The notes under the pieces: generated by a model | Told to the model about the DNA's origin: nothing | The model's database searches: none | Seen by the model: only the letters and a program-made list of their open reading frames with translations | Made by a program: the position numbers and the translations under genes | Shown here: one piece after another, positions 20,958 through 31,278 of the stretch | Position numbering within the stretch: position 1 is the stretch's first letter | Layout of the letters: every line of letters begins with the position of its first letter | Assembly (NCBI GenBank): GCA_016839705.1 | Contig: JAEOTR010000035.1 | Coordinates: 32,001 to 96,000, forward strand | DNA: 64,000 nucleotides | From: Promethearchaeota archaeon | GTDB taxonomy: Archaea > Asgardarchaeota > Lokiarchaeia > Sigyniarchaeales > SOKP01 | Direction of reading: 5' to 3'

Positions 20958-21356
20958 TTAGTCTACAAGGTTCTCAAGAAGTTCTGTCGCTTCTTCCATG
21001 ATTTTCTCGTTAGGCATGGATGTAAAAATAAATCCTCCTGAAAACCCTGAATAATATCCGTCATAACCTTCAACGAATTCTTTTAATTCAGAAAATTCAT
21101 CTTTCTCCAGCCAAATCTTACGTTTCAGCTTTAATACCCATATATCCACCTTGTCTTTAGTATGAAAATCTTTCACTATTACAAAAAACTGATTTTCGTA
21201 TAGATTCTCCTTAGATCCTCTTCTCTTGATCGGTTTTTTTTCAGGGCGGACTGGTTTCGTTTTCTTATTGTAATAGCTATTAACAATGTCTATTATAATA
21301 GAAATATGTTCTTCAAGATTCTTACTTGATAAATATTTCGTTAACTCCTCTTTCAT
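20958..21356 (-). CDS. Hypothetical protein
   Basis: 132-aa ORF; GYDGYYSGFSGGFIF. Confidence 0.6.
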   Translation of the reverse strand: MKEELTKYLSSKNLEEHISIIIDIVNSYYNKKTKPVRPEKKPIKRRGSKENLYENQFFVIVKDFHTKDKVDIWVLKLKRKIWLEKDEFSELKEFVEGYDGYYSGFSGGFIFTSMPNEKIMEEATELLENLVD

Positions 21357-21658
21357 CTCTTGGAATACTGTTATATTATATCACACCTATTCATGTGTTC
21401 AATTTTAAAATAATTTTATTATGATATTGTGAGAATCATTCTAATAAATCTATGGGTGGAGCCATGATTTATTGATTTAGGAATACTTACCCGGAAGTAA
21501 TCTAATTCTGTATTAAAAATCTTTTGAAAAAGTCAAAACCTATTTACTTAGACACATTAAATAGCTATAAACCAATACCAAGAAAAGATTGATCACAGTC
21601 TTAAGGATATGCTTTAATGAACTAGAAAAAATTTATTTACCATTTTACACCATTTTGC

Positions 21659-22441
21659 TTAACAGAATTCAGTCTCTAATCTCTCAATAAAAATTCTATG
21701 TCTTTCGGCTGCGGTTCGAAAATCATCTTCAATCTCATTAAATCTTGAATAGAGTCTCCCCACTTGTTGCGTTGTTAAATTACGATCCATCCATGGGAAT
21801 AAGATCTCATCTTCCTTTTTGATATGTTCAGGCAAGATCTCAGCATATGCTGTTAAATTCGCAGCAAGAGCATCTTTATCTTTATTTTCAATAGCCTCAA
21901 GCATTGCTTTCACATGAGCCCGAACTCTTACATGATCCTTTCGAATAACCTGAATCATAGCTAAATTCTCATCAAAATATTTGAAAGCCTCGTCCTCCTC
22001 TTTAGCATGATGGAATTTGTCAGCATAATTACGAATGAAATCAATACCTTGATCAATGAGTTGTAAACCCTCCTCTGTTTCTAGGTCTAAATTTTCAATT
22101 ACTTTCGGAATAAGTGCTACCCATCTCTTTATCAAAACATGCTCACTCACCATTTTTTTCATAGGGGGTGAATACTTAAATAGCTTTTTCTCTTGATTCT
22201 CTCTTCTCCTTTTTGGAATCACAACACTCTTATCAGGATAGATAACCTTTGAAATTCTGAGCATTAATTCTGCTTCTAAATCCTCATCTACATCATGAAT
22301 CTCCACAATATCCTTCAATAGACATAATCCTTCACCGCAAGTACCACACCCAATCTCATACTCATCTAAAATCTGCTCAATTTCAGGAAATTCCGTTATA
22401 ATTTCTTTAACGCCTTTATTAAGATATTCTTCTATACTCAC
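21659..22441 (-). CDS. Hemerythrin (HHE) domain protein with N-terminal Cys-containing domain
   Basis: EHVLI, HHAKEE, DH, HIKKEDEILFP; GCGTCGEGLC. Confidence 0.85.
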   Translation of the reverse strand: MSIEEYLNKGVKEIITEFPEIEQILDEYEIGCGTCGEGLCLLKDIVEIHDVDEDLEAELMLRISKVIYPDKSVVIPKRRRENQEKKLFKYSPPMKKMVSEHVLIKRWVALIPKVIENLDLETEEGLQLIDQGIDFIRNYADKFHHAKEEDEAFKYFDENLAMIQVIRKDHVRVRAHVKAMLEAIENKDKDALAANLTAYAEILPEHIKKEDEILFPWMDRNLTTQQVGRLYSRFNEIEDDFRTAAERHRIFIERLETEFC

Positions 22442-23110
22442 TCAATTTTCACCTTAATTTATTAATTCAAATCATAATCTAATCAAAGCCTACAATCATT
22501 TAATCTTAGCTGCGAACATGTTCCAGAAGCCTTATGCTGAAATTAGTATTATAATATAATCACCACATTTCGAGGATAATTCATTTTTGTAGAATATGTG
22601 ATAATTTGAATTAAAAAAAAAAAGATAGTTTTATTAATAAATGGGGATATACGGCTTGTTTTTAATAATTATTAATTCTAGCCAATCCAATTGTTTTGTT
22701 TTCATTTTTTTAAACCACTTATTTTGTTTTTTTTGTTTAGTGTTAAGATTAATAGAGATTGAGACTCTAATAAGAGCATGTTCGTCAATATAGAAAAAAA
22801 TCAATAATGGGGATTTATAACCATTAAATAGAAAGAATGGTAATTTATCATCGAAATTATACAACCTAAAAATTAAGAAATGTCGATGAAATTCACTTTT
22901 GTATCCTGATATGAAAACAAATTGATAGAAAAAATACCAAAATTTATTCAAGTAAGTTGAAGTTTGGGAAGTAAATTTAAATTATTAGCTCATTGAATTC
23001 TTAATCTAAATCTTTAATTATTTATTAATAATAGTTTTAAATAAAAAGTAAATTAAATAATAATATACACTTTTAAGGTGTAAGTTAACAATTATAAGAT
23101 ATAAAAAAAG

Positions 23111-23353
23111 GTGATAAATGTGGGAAGATCAAATGGGGTCATTTCTCTACTAACGGGAATAATAGCAATCGTATTGGCACTAATATTAAATTTTATGTTC
23201 TCCTTTATGTATGGAGATATTATCTTTTACGTACTTGTCGCCCTTGCGATACTTTTCGGCATACTTGGAATCGCATATGATGATTCAAAAAGCTATGGTT
23301 TGGGGGGTTTGATTCTGGGAATTGTTGCATTAGTTATATGGTTCGTGATATAA
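23111..23353 (+). CDS. Small 3-TM membrane protein
   Basis: Hydrophobic ORF; AGGTGA before the internal GTG; T-rich downstream. Confidence 0.65.
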   Translation: MINVGRSNGVISLLTGIIAIVLALILNFMFSFMYGDIIFYVLVALAILFGILGIAYDDSKSYGLGGLILGIVALVIWFVI

Positions 23354-23491
23354 TAATCACAATATAAAAATTTAATTCATATTTTTTTATTATTTTTTTA
23401 TTTTTGAACTACTGAGAATTAAAATTAAATATCACCTTATCTAAGAGACCTTGAGTATCGTGGAGATTTTACTTAATGGGCTTAATTTTTT

Positions 23492-23620
23492 TATTATAGT
23501 ACAATAATCATCGCAACAATAAATACAACAAGACAGCAAATAACCCAAGCATATCTCGTATTTGATGTTAACCTTATGCACATTTGGGACAAATTTTTTT
23601 GATGAATAAAGTTGAAAAAG
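23492..23620. repeat. Degenerate copy of 24736-24846 joined to a copy of 25212-25232
   Basis: About 105 bp near-identical match with a 1-nt deletion, followed by TGATGAATAAAGTTGAAAAAG, which recurs at 25212. Confidence 0.9.
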
Positions 23621-23795
23621 TTGAAAAAGTGTCACGGGAAAAAAAAAGGGTTGCTGAATCCTTCGAACATAATTTCAAAATTTTTTAAGTTTTTTGCTTA
23701 TTAAGATTACTATGAGAGATAATGAAAGATTTTAAGGGTTACTGAACTTCATTAAAAAAAAAAGATTTGGGGTAGATATAATATCTAAAAATAAT

Positions 23796-24140
23796 TTAAG
23801 TAGGGGGACTCATTCCTATTATAGGAAGCGCTTCCATAACTGAAAGGTAGGTTCGAATCGTAAATGTTGATCCTTTTATGTTTTCTGATACCGCAAGATA
23901 AAGTTTAGTTACTTCTTGTGAAGCCTCAAGATAATCACCCGTAACCTTCCACACAGAAATAATTTCAAATCCCTCTTCGGCGCTGACTAAGCCAAGAACC
24001 TGCTTAGCTGGCTTCCCTTCTTGATATAAGTTGTCAAACTCTTTGCCAACTGCTGCGTCTGCTAAACTCGGGGGGTATTTCAATATTCCTGCTTCTGCTG
24101 AACTCGGGGGGTATTTCAATATTCCAATCATATAAACCAT
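23796..24140 (-). CDS. Hypothetical protein with in-frame 12-aa tandem duplication
   Basis: GILKYPPSSAEA-GILKYPPSLADA; AAGGTGAG SD upstream. Confidence 0.75.
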   Translation of the reverse strand: MVYMIGILKYPPSSAEAGILKYPPSLADAAVGKEFDNLYQEGKPAKQVLGLVSAEEGFEIISVWKVTGDYLEASQEVTKLYLAVSENIKGSTFTIRTYLSVMEALPIIGMSPPT

Positions 24141-24529
24141 ATGTTCTCACCTTATTCATACTATATAAAATACACATTGAATTAATTCTAACAATGTGAA
24201 ATAATTCTATACGAATTAATATTTAAGCTTTGACACTTGTGTAGAAAAGACTCATAGTTTTATTATTTTCTCTCATCAAATCTTAGATAGGCTTTTTAAA
24301 GTATTATTAAAAGTTCATTTTTATTTCGAATGCAAAAAATTATCAAAAAGCTTTAATAAATTCTTTTTCAGTAGGCAATTAATTCAATCAAGGAAATGAC
24401 TGCTTTTTTCTTTAAAAGAATTGAGCCATTCAACGAAATCAAGCTTACTCAATCTATTAGAAATTCCTAAAAGATTTGAAGTGCCATCAGCGATGGAAGT
24501 CATTCTTTCGAGTTCGATTGTATATTGAG

Positions 24530-24735
24530 GATTGGTTTTATTATAAGTCTCTAAATGCTATGTTGCTTTTTCCTGATCGCCTGCTAGCTCGGAAATCTGC
24601 CCCAGAAACTCATGCATCTGTGCATCATCATTAAGATCCAAGAATTTTTCTAAGCATTGAATCCCTTCTTTTAGTTCTCCAAGGATGATATGATATCCTC
24701 CTAGTCGTTCCCATGACTCAAAAATCTTAAATCGA
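24530..24735 (-). pseudogene. TPR protein remnant
   Basis: WERLGGYHIILGELKEGIQCLEKFLDL, then after a frameshift LGQISELAGDQEKAT*HLE. Confidence 0.6.
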
Positions 24736-24737
24736 TA

Positions 24738-24950
24738 TTATAGTACAACAATCATCGCAACAATAAATACAACAAGACAGCAAATAACCCAAGCATATCT
24801 CGTATTTGATGTTAACCTTATACCACATTTGGGACAAAATTTTTTTTTAATACTAAATCCACGCAACAGCCCCCATATATATTCCTTTCTGCTTTCTGGA
24901 ATCACATCTTTCTTACAAGAAACACAGTATTTTGTTTTTTCTTCACTCAA
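24738..24950 (-). CDS. Small zinc-ribbon protein with C-terminal TM
   Basis: YCVSC...FCPKCG followed by a hydrophobic tail. Confidence 0.7.
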   Translation of the reverse strand: MSEEKTKYCVSCKKDVIPESRKEYIWGLLRGFSIKKKFCPKCGIRLTSNTRYAWVICCLVVFIVAMIVVL

Positions 24951-25532
24951 TCTTACATCACTAACGATATTTATGGATATATGTTCTCAAACCTTATTTC
25001 AGTTTAATATTAATTTAAAAGTTATCTCTTTCTCTATTCCATCCAGAAACCTTCTTCTCTTTTTTTGCTTTTTCTTAGGAATTCATTTTCACCATATAAT
25101 TGAATTTCATCAATGCTAATAATAACCAAAAATCGTATAAAAATATATTAGTTCCTGAGCTCTCAAACACTCATCCATTTTATAAAGAGATTATCAGAAT
25201 CTATATTGTTATGATGAATAAAGTTGAAAAAGCAAGAAAATCCCTTATTGAACATGCGTTAAATGAAATTCGCAACATCCCGAGTTATAGTAATTATTAT
25301 ATTCATATATATTCCGTCATCGTTAAATTGGGACTACAAAGGAAAACCTACATAACCAATAAATAACTAGATGTATTCATAGTATCAAACTGAAAATCCA
25401 CCACCCACTCGCCTACCAGATTATGCCCCATTTCACCCCATTTTTTGCCTTTAATCCAAAATAAAAAGTACACTTTTCCTTACTCTACATAACACTCTCC
25501 CCCCCACCTCTTTATTTCCAAAAATCGTAATA

Positions 25533-25587
25533 TTTAAATAGGCAAATTCATACTTGTATATTAAAGTATGTCAATTAATCATTGACA
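25533..25587 (+). promoter_or_regulatory. TATA box plus two overlapping inverted repeats upstream of grpE
   Basis: TTTAAATA 25533-40; CATACTT-N8-AAGTATG 25549-70; TGTCAAT-N5-ATTGACA 25569-87. Confidence 0.55.
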
Positions 25588-25631
25588 ATAAAAACTTTTA
25601 TGATACAAAACACACAAAAAAACCCAAAAAA

Positions 25632-26405
25632 ATGGTATTTATGCCAAGAAAAGAGAAAGGAGATATGAGATCTATGGTATTCGAGGATTTTTTTGACCAA
25701 CTATCAGGCGAGCGCGGGTATAATAGAGGACGCCGGTCCCCTGAAGCTGTTACGATTTCGAAGAATGAATTTCAGACTCTGAAGGCAAAGGCAGAGCAGT
25801 ATGAGGCCTTGGTTGAGGAGCATAAGCGGGTAAAAACGTGGAACGATCAATTATTAAAGGAGATGGATGATTTGAAAGAAGATGCCCGCGGTTTTAAGGA
25901 ACTTCAAGAGGAGAAGGAGAAGTTCTTGCGACAATTATTACAAGTTCGAGCAGATTTCGAGAATCACAAGAAGCGAGAGGCTCGAGAAGGAGCGCGATAT
26001 CGACAGTACGTTTTGGAAGGTTTGCTATTAAAGCTTCTTAATCATTACGATGATTTGGAGCGTGCGTTAAATTTGATGAAGATGCTTGAGGGGATGGAGG
26101 GTACATGGAAGGGATTCGAGATAATAGTGCGCAATTTTGAGAAGGTAATGGAAGCGGAGGGTATTAAGCCGATGGATTCAGAGGGCGAGAAATTCGATCC
26201 CTATAAGCACGAGGCGATGATGGTTGAAGAGGGTCGTGATGACATCCCTGAGAATACCATTGTTGAGGTTTTAGATAAAGGTTATTATTTACGAGATAAG
26301 GTTTTACGACCAGCGAAGGTGAAGATTTCGAAGCCTTCCAGCAAGTCAAACCAATCATCTCAATCAGGATTAAACAACTTTACAAAAAAAATAGAGGTTA
26401 ATTAG
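25632..26405 (+). CDS. grpE: Nucleotide exchange factor GrpE (start uncertain: 25632/25641)
   Basis: RADFENHKKR, DDLERAL, GEKFDPYKHEAM, KGYYLRDKVLRPAKVKI. Confidence 0.95.
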   Translation: MVFMPRKEKGDMRSMVFEDFFDQLSGERGYNRGRRSPEAVTISKNEFQTLKAKAEQYEALVEEHKRVKTWNDQLLKEMDDLKEDARGFKELQEEKEKFLRQLLQVRADFENHKKREAREGARYRQYVLEGLLLKLLNHYDDLERALNLMKMLEGMEGTWKGFEIIVRNFEKVMEAEGIKPMDSEGEKFDPYKHEAMMVEEGRDDIPENTIVEVLDKGYYLRDKVLRPAKVKISKPSSKSNQSSQSGLNNFTKKIEVN

Positions 26406-26414
26406 TAATAATTA

Positions 26415-26530
26415 AGATTAAACTCAAAATGAGCAATCAAAAAATAAAAATCAAAATAAAAAATCAAAATAAAAATCAAAACAAAAAATCAAAAAAAACA
26501 TAAAATTAATCAAAATTAAAAAAAAAAAGA
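26415..26530 (+). repeat. Phased A-tract / TCAAAA(A)TAAAAA low-complexity repeat
   Basis: TCAAAA recurs at about 12-13 bp spacing between grpE and dnaK. Confidence 0.7.
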
Positions 26531-26540
26531 GGGAAAAAAT

Positions 26541-28448
26541 ATGGCAAAAATTATAGGAATAGACTTAGGGACTTCAAATTCAGCGGCAGCGGTATTAGTT
26601 GGTGGTAAGCCGACGATAATTCCGAGTGCTGAGGGATTAACGTTAGGAGGCAAGGCATTTCCATCGGTAGTGGCATTTACGAAGGATGGTCAGCGGTTAG
26701 TTGGCGAGCCAGCGCGAAGGCAGGCGATTTCAAATCCAGATCGAACGATCACAGCGATTAAGCGTAAGATGGGGACGTCTTATAAGGTGACGATTGACGG
26801 GAAGGATTATTCACCGCAGGAGATTTCGGCTATGATTTTGAGGAAAATCAAGGAAGACGCGAGTGCGTATTTAGGCGAAGAGGTTACAGATGTAATTATT
26901 ACAGTTCCAGCATACTTTAATGATAATCAGAGGCAAGCTACTAAGGATGCGGGTAAGATCGCGGGGTTAAATGTGAAGCGTTTAATTAACGAGCCGACGG
27001 CTGCAGCGGTGGCATATGGATTGGACAAGAAGAACGTAACTTTAAAAATTGCGGTGTTAGATCTTGGTGGTGGAACGTTCGACGTGACAATTATGGAACT
27101 TGATAATCAGGTATTTGAGGTAATCTCAACGGCGGGGGATACGCAATTAGGTGGTACAGATATGGATAAGTTATTGGTGGATTATATAGTATCGGAGTTT
27201 CAGAAGGATCAGGGAGTAAATTTACGTGGTGATTCAATGGCATTAGAACGAGTACGAGAAGCTGCGGAGAAGGCAAAAATCGAGTTATCAACATCAGTTA
27301 CGACAGATATTAACCTACCTTACGTAACAGCGACGAATGAAGGGCCAAAGCATCTTAACATGACACTTACAAGGGCAAAGCTGGAGCAAATAATTGATCC
27401 GGTTACGAAAAAATTAGATACATCAATTCTAAAGGCCTTAAGAGACGCGGGTATTGCGAGAGGAGACGTTGACAAAATTATCTTAGTAGGTGGTCCGACG
27501 AGGATGCCAGTGATTCAGAAGAAATTCGAGGATCTTTTAGGTCAGACTCCAGAGCGTAGTATCGATCCGATGGAGTGTGTTGCGATGGGTGCTTCAATAC
27601 AAGGAGGCGTGTTAACCGGCGAAGTTGAAGATTTACTATTACTTGATGTAACTCCATTATCCTTAGGAGTTGAGACATTAGGCGGGGTTTTCACTAAGCT
27701 AATTGAAAGGAATACGACAATACCAACACATAAGACCCAGATTTTCTCGACAGCAGCTGATAATCAACCTGCAGTAGAGATTCATGTATTACAAGGAGAG
27801 CGACCAAGGTCGGCAGATAACATTACTTTAGGCAAGTTTCATTTAACTGGTATTCCACCAGCGCCTAGAGGGGTACCACAGATAGAAGTGACATATGATA
27901 TCGATCAAAATGGTATTTTAAATGTTTCAGCGAAGGACATGGGTACTGGTAAGAGTCAGTCAATAACAATTACGGCATCAACAAAGATGGATGACAATGA
28001 GATCGAGCAGAAGATTCGTGAAGCTGAGAGGAATGCTGAGGAAGATAAGAAATTCAAAGATCTTACTGAAGCAAAAAATCATGGTGAGTCATTAATCTAT
28101 CAAACCGAGAAATTGTTAAATGAAAATGAAGCGGTAATTGGTGATTTAAAATCAAATATCCTTGATAAGATATCTGATTTGAGAAGCGCAATGGAATCTG
28201 ATGACGTACCAAGAATCAAGAGTGCGATGGAGACATTACAGAAATCTTTACATGAAGTTTCATCTCGAATGTATGGGCAGCAACAAGGGGCACAGCAAGG
28301 ATATCAAGGAGCTCCACCAGGAGGTATGGGAGATATGCCACCGGGTGGTAATTATGGACACGACGGCAGAACCAAAGATGAAGTTGAGCAAGATCAGTTC
28401 CGAAAGGCAACAGGCCAAGATGATGTAGTAGATGCTGAGTATGAGTAA
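26541..28448 (+). CDS. dnaK: Hsp70 chaperone DnaK
   Basis: [34 protein letters not shown]; ends DDVVDAEYE. Confidence 0.99.
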   Translation: MAKIIGIDLGTSNSAAAVLVGGKPTIIPSAEGLTLGGKAFPSVVAFTKDGQRLVGEPARRQAISNPDRTITAIKRKMGTSYKVTIDGKDYSPQEISAMILRKIKEDASAYLGEEVTDVIITVPAYFNDNQRQATKDAGKIAGLNVKRLINEPTAAAVAYGLDKKNVTLKIAVLDLGGGTFDVTIMELDNQVFEVISTAGDTQLGGTDMDKLLVDYIVSEFQKDQGVNLRGDSMALERVREAAEKAKIELSTSVTTDINLPYVTATNEGPKHLNMTLTRAKLEQIIDPVTKKLDTSILKALRDAGIARGDVDKIILVGGPTRMPVIQKKFEDLLGQTPERSIDPMECVAMGASIQGGVLTGEVEDLLLLDVTPLSLGVETLGGVFTKLIERNTTIPTHKTQIFSTAADNQPAVEIHVLQGERPRSADNITLGKFHLTGIPPAPRGVPQIEVTYDIDQNGILNVSAKDMGTGKSQSITITASTKMDDNEIEQKIREAERNAEEDKKFKDLTEAKNHGESLIYQTEKLLNENEAVIGDLKSNILDKISDLRSAMESDDVPRIKSAMETLQKSLHEVSSRMYGQQQGAQQGYQGAPPGGMGDMPPGGNYGHDGRTKDEVEQDQFRKATGQDDVVDAEYE

Positions 28449-28517
28449 TTCAGTTTTTTTTATTTTTTTTTATAATATTTTTTTTAAAAATTACGATAAT
28501 AGTGTTAAGTAAGGGGT

Positions 28518-29552
28518 ATGATCATGGCAAAGGATTATTATAAATTATTAGGAATCTCAAAGGGTGCATCAAAGGAAGAAATTAAACGAGCCTTCCGTAA
28601 GATGGCGCGAAAATATCATCCAGATGTCAATCCAGACGAGCCTAAATCGGGGGAAAAGTTTAAAGAAATTAATGAAGCGTATAGTATTTTAAATGATGAT
28701 AAAAAAAGGGAGATGTATGATAAGTTTGGAGTTGTAGAAGGAGATCCATCAACCTATCAACGGCATGGTGGTTCACCTGGAGATTTTGGACGTTCTAGAG
28801 GAGGAAGAGGTTACACAAGTCCGGATGGTACAACGTATTATTATTCTACATCTGGTTCACCGGGTGGATTTGACTTTAATGAGATATTTGGTAATAACAG
28901 AAGTTCAAGATCTAATTCTGGGGGATCTGACTTTTTTAATGATTTAGGAGACATATTTGATGTATTCAATAGGAGAGGAGGAGGCAGTTCAAGGGCTAGA
29001 TCACCCTATTCTCAAGATTTTCCAAGAGAGGGAGAAGATTTACGTTATGATATGGAAATTGATTTTATGGATGCCTTTATGGGAGGAAAGAAAAAAGTTC
29101 AGTATAAAGATCCCGCGACGGGACAAGTAAATAATATTAGTGTAAATATTCCAAGAGGAATAAAAGAAGACCAGAAATTGCGTTTGAAAGGGAAAGGGAT
29201 GCCCGGAGAGAATGGAGGGGGCCCTGGTGATTTATATATCGCAATCCATATTAAAAGACATCCAAAATTTGAAAGAAGGGATGATGATATTTACATTGAA
29301 TTAGACGTTCCCTTTACAACAGCAGCACTTGGCGGAAAAGTTCAAGTAGAAGGAATTGAAAAAACTTTAAATGTATCAATTCCGGCAGGAACAAATGATT
29401 CATCTCTATTAAGGTTAAAAAATCAAGGATTTTATAAGATTAATTCAGAACAGAGAGGTAATCTGTTAGTTAAAATAAAAATTAGTGTTCCTAAAAAATT
29501 GAATAAGGACCAAAAAGTATTGTTAGAAAAATTAAAAGCAGTAGGTGTGTAA
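28518..29552 (+). CDS. dnaJ: Class B J-domain protein (DnaJ without Zn finger)
   Basis: HPD motif, G/F-rich linker, C-terminal domain; no CxxCxGxG. Confidence 0.92.
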   Translation: MIMAKDYYKLLGISKGASKEEIKRAFRKMARKYHPDVNPDEPKSGEKFKEINEAYSILNDDKKREMYDKFGVVEGDPSTYQRHGGSPGDFGRSRGGRGYTSPDGTTYYYSTSGSPGGFDFNEIFGNNRSSRSNSGGSDFFNDLGDIFDVFNRRGGGSSRARSPYSQDFPREGEDLRYDMEIDFMDAFMGGKKKVQYKDPATGQVNNISVNIPRGIKEDQKLRLKGKGMPGENGGGPGDLYIAIHIKRHPKFERRDDDIYIELDVPFTTAALGGKVQVEGIEKTLNVSIPAGTNDSSLLRLKNQGFYKINSEQRGNLLVKIKISVPKKLNKDQKVLLEKLKAVGV

Positions 29553-29585
29553 AAAGGATGATAATTAAGGAGGTAAGAATATAGA

Positions 29586-30467
29586 ATGATGAAATCAAAA
29601 GGTAAAATATCAAATCTATGCCCCGAATGTGGGGGTTCAATTATGTTACTAGCAGAAAAAGGGGAGGACGTCTGCAGTCAATGTGGATTAATTATAAATG
29701 AACGACAAGTAGATTATTCACATAGTGGGAAAAGAGCTTATACTAACCAAGAACGGAATAATCGTGAGCAAACAGGTGCTCCAATTTCAATTTTACTACC
29801 CGATATGGGTTTAAGTACGGTAATTGATAAACAAAAAATAAATAATCCCGATTTAAAAAGAGCAGCAAAGTGGAATACTCGAATTACATGGCAAAAGCGA
29901 AACCTATTAATTGCTACTACGGAACTAAAAAGGATAGGAAGTAATTTAAACTTACCAAATCATGTTAAGGAAGAAGCTATGCGTCTTTATAAAGAGGCAT
30001 TTAAGAGAAAATTACTTCGAGGTAGATCTATTAATGCCATGGTGACAGCCAGTTTATACTTAGCCTGTAGAAAAAAGGGTATACCTAGAACACTTCAAGA
30101 GATTTTAGAAGAAGCATCAGTTTCACCAAAAGACGTAAGAAGAAGTGTAAGTATTTTAATGAAAGAATTTCAAATTAAAACTCAAACTACCGATCCTGTG
30201 GCACTTGTTCCAAGATACGTTACTGATTTGGGATTAGATTCAGAAATAATAACACTAACTAGCAAAATTTTATCAACTTATGTTTCTAATTTTCCTGTTA
30301 GCGGAATAGACCCAAAGGGATTATGTGCTGGGGCAATTTATATAGCCTGTAAACTTAGAAATATAGAGCTTACTCAATTACAAATTGCGAATTCAGTTGG
30401 AATTACTGAGGTTACACTTCGCTCGAGGTATAAAGAACTAAAGAAGAAACTAAAAATATCAATATAA
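29586..30467 (+). CDS. tfb: Transcription initiation factor IIB (TFB paralog)
   Basis: CPECGG...CSQCG Zn ribbon; LRGRS, PRTLQEI, GITEVTLRSRYKEL. Confidence 0.95.
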   Translation: MMKSKGKISNLCPECGGSIMLLAEKGEDVCSQCGLIINERQVDYSHSGKRAYTNQERNNREQTGAPISILLPDMGLSTVIDKQKINNPDLKRAAKWNTRITWQKRNLLIATTELKRIGSNLNLPNHVKEEAMRLYKEAFKRKLLRGRSINAMVTASLYLACRKKGIPRTLQEILEEASVSPKDVRRSVSILMKEFQIKTQTTDPVALVPRYVTDLGLDSEIITLTSKILSTYVSNFPVSGIDPKGLCAGAIYIACKLRNIELTQLQIANSVGITEVTLRSRYKELKKKLKISI

Positions 30468-30525
30468 TTTTTTTTTTGATCTTATCTTAAAAAATACAGA
30501 AATAAAAGAAAACAGAGGTAATTGA

Positions 30526-31278
30526 TTATCTATTACCGTATTTTTTATAGAGGAAAATACCGACAGCCACAATTACTATACTTATTATTATAATTAACAA
30601 TAAATCTAATAAAATATTAGAGCTCAAAATGGATGCGCCATTGAAAATTGATGTTAATGCATCTGTGACATAATAACTGGGTAAAAAGTAGGCAATCACT
30701 CGGGTAGTTGGAGTAATTGGAACAAAAGTTCCAAAGAACATTTGCGGTAGAATGAAGATAAATGATATCCCCGTTGCTGCTCCTGAGCTTTTAGCTATTG
30801 TGGCGGTAATTAATCCAAGTCCTACTGAACATATCGAGAGGAAGATGATGAAAACAAAAGCAAATATGAGCCCAAGAACAGTACCTTCTGGTGTGAAACC
30901 TAATAATACCGAACATATTACTACGATTATTACTTGGATGAGACCGATAATCGTGTTTGATATAAGATGGCTTCCTATAAATTCACTTGAGGATGTCGGG
31001 GTTGTATTTATTCTCTCTAGTAGTCCTTGTTCCCTGTCATCACTGAAAGATTGGGCTACAACCATGATAATGAATATACAAGCGTAAGCATATAAGCCAG
31101 GTGCCATGACTTCAAATTGACTCACTCCAGGTATACCACTTTCTATCTCTGCAAAAGCTAGTCCGAATACTAGTGTAAGTACAGCGGGGAATAATAACAT
31201 CAGAAATAGATAAGCAGGTTCCCGAATCACCTTTTTTAAATTAGTTTTAACTAACGCAAGAATCCTTTGTAAATTCAT
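30526..31278 (-). CDS. ABC-2 type exporter permease
   Basis: 6 TM; DREQGLLERINTTP. Confidence 0.9.
   Translation of the reverse strand: MNLQRILALVKTNLKKVIREPAYLFLMLLFPAVLTLVFGLAFAEIESGIPGVSQFEVMAPGLYAYACIFIIMVVAQSFSDDREQGLLERINTTPTSSSEFIGSHLISNTIIGLIQVIIVVICSVLLGFTPEGTVLGLIFAFVFIIFLSICSVGLGLITATIAKSSGAATGISFIFILPQMFFGTFVPITPTTRVIAYFLPSYYVTDALTSIFNGASILSSNILLDLLLIIIISIVIVAVGIFLYKKYGNR

Noticed and set aside
22514-22523. Palindrome GAACATGTTC upstream of the hemerythrin gene
   Set aside because: A single 10-bp palindrome is expected by chance in 64 kb
22634-22951. 105-aa ORF in very AT-rich DNA
   Set aside because: F/I/K/N-biased composition typical of spurious ORFs
25100-25366. 88-aa ORF before grpE
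   Set aside because: No motif; probably decayed sequence in the variable region
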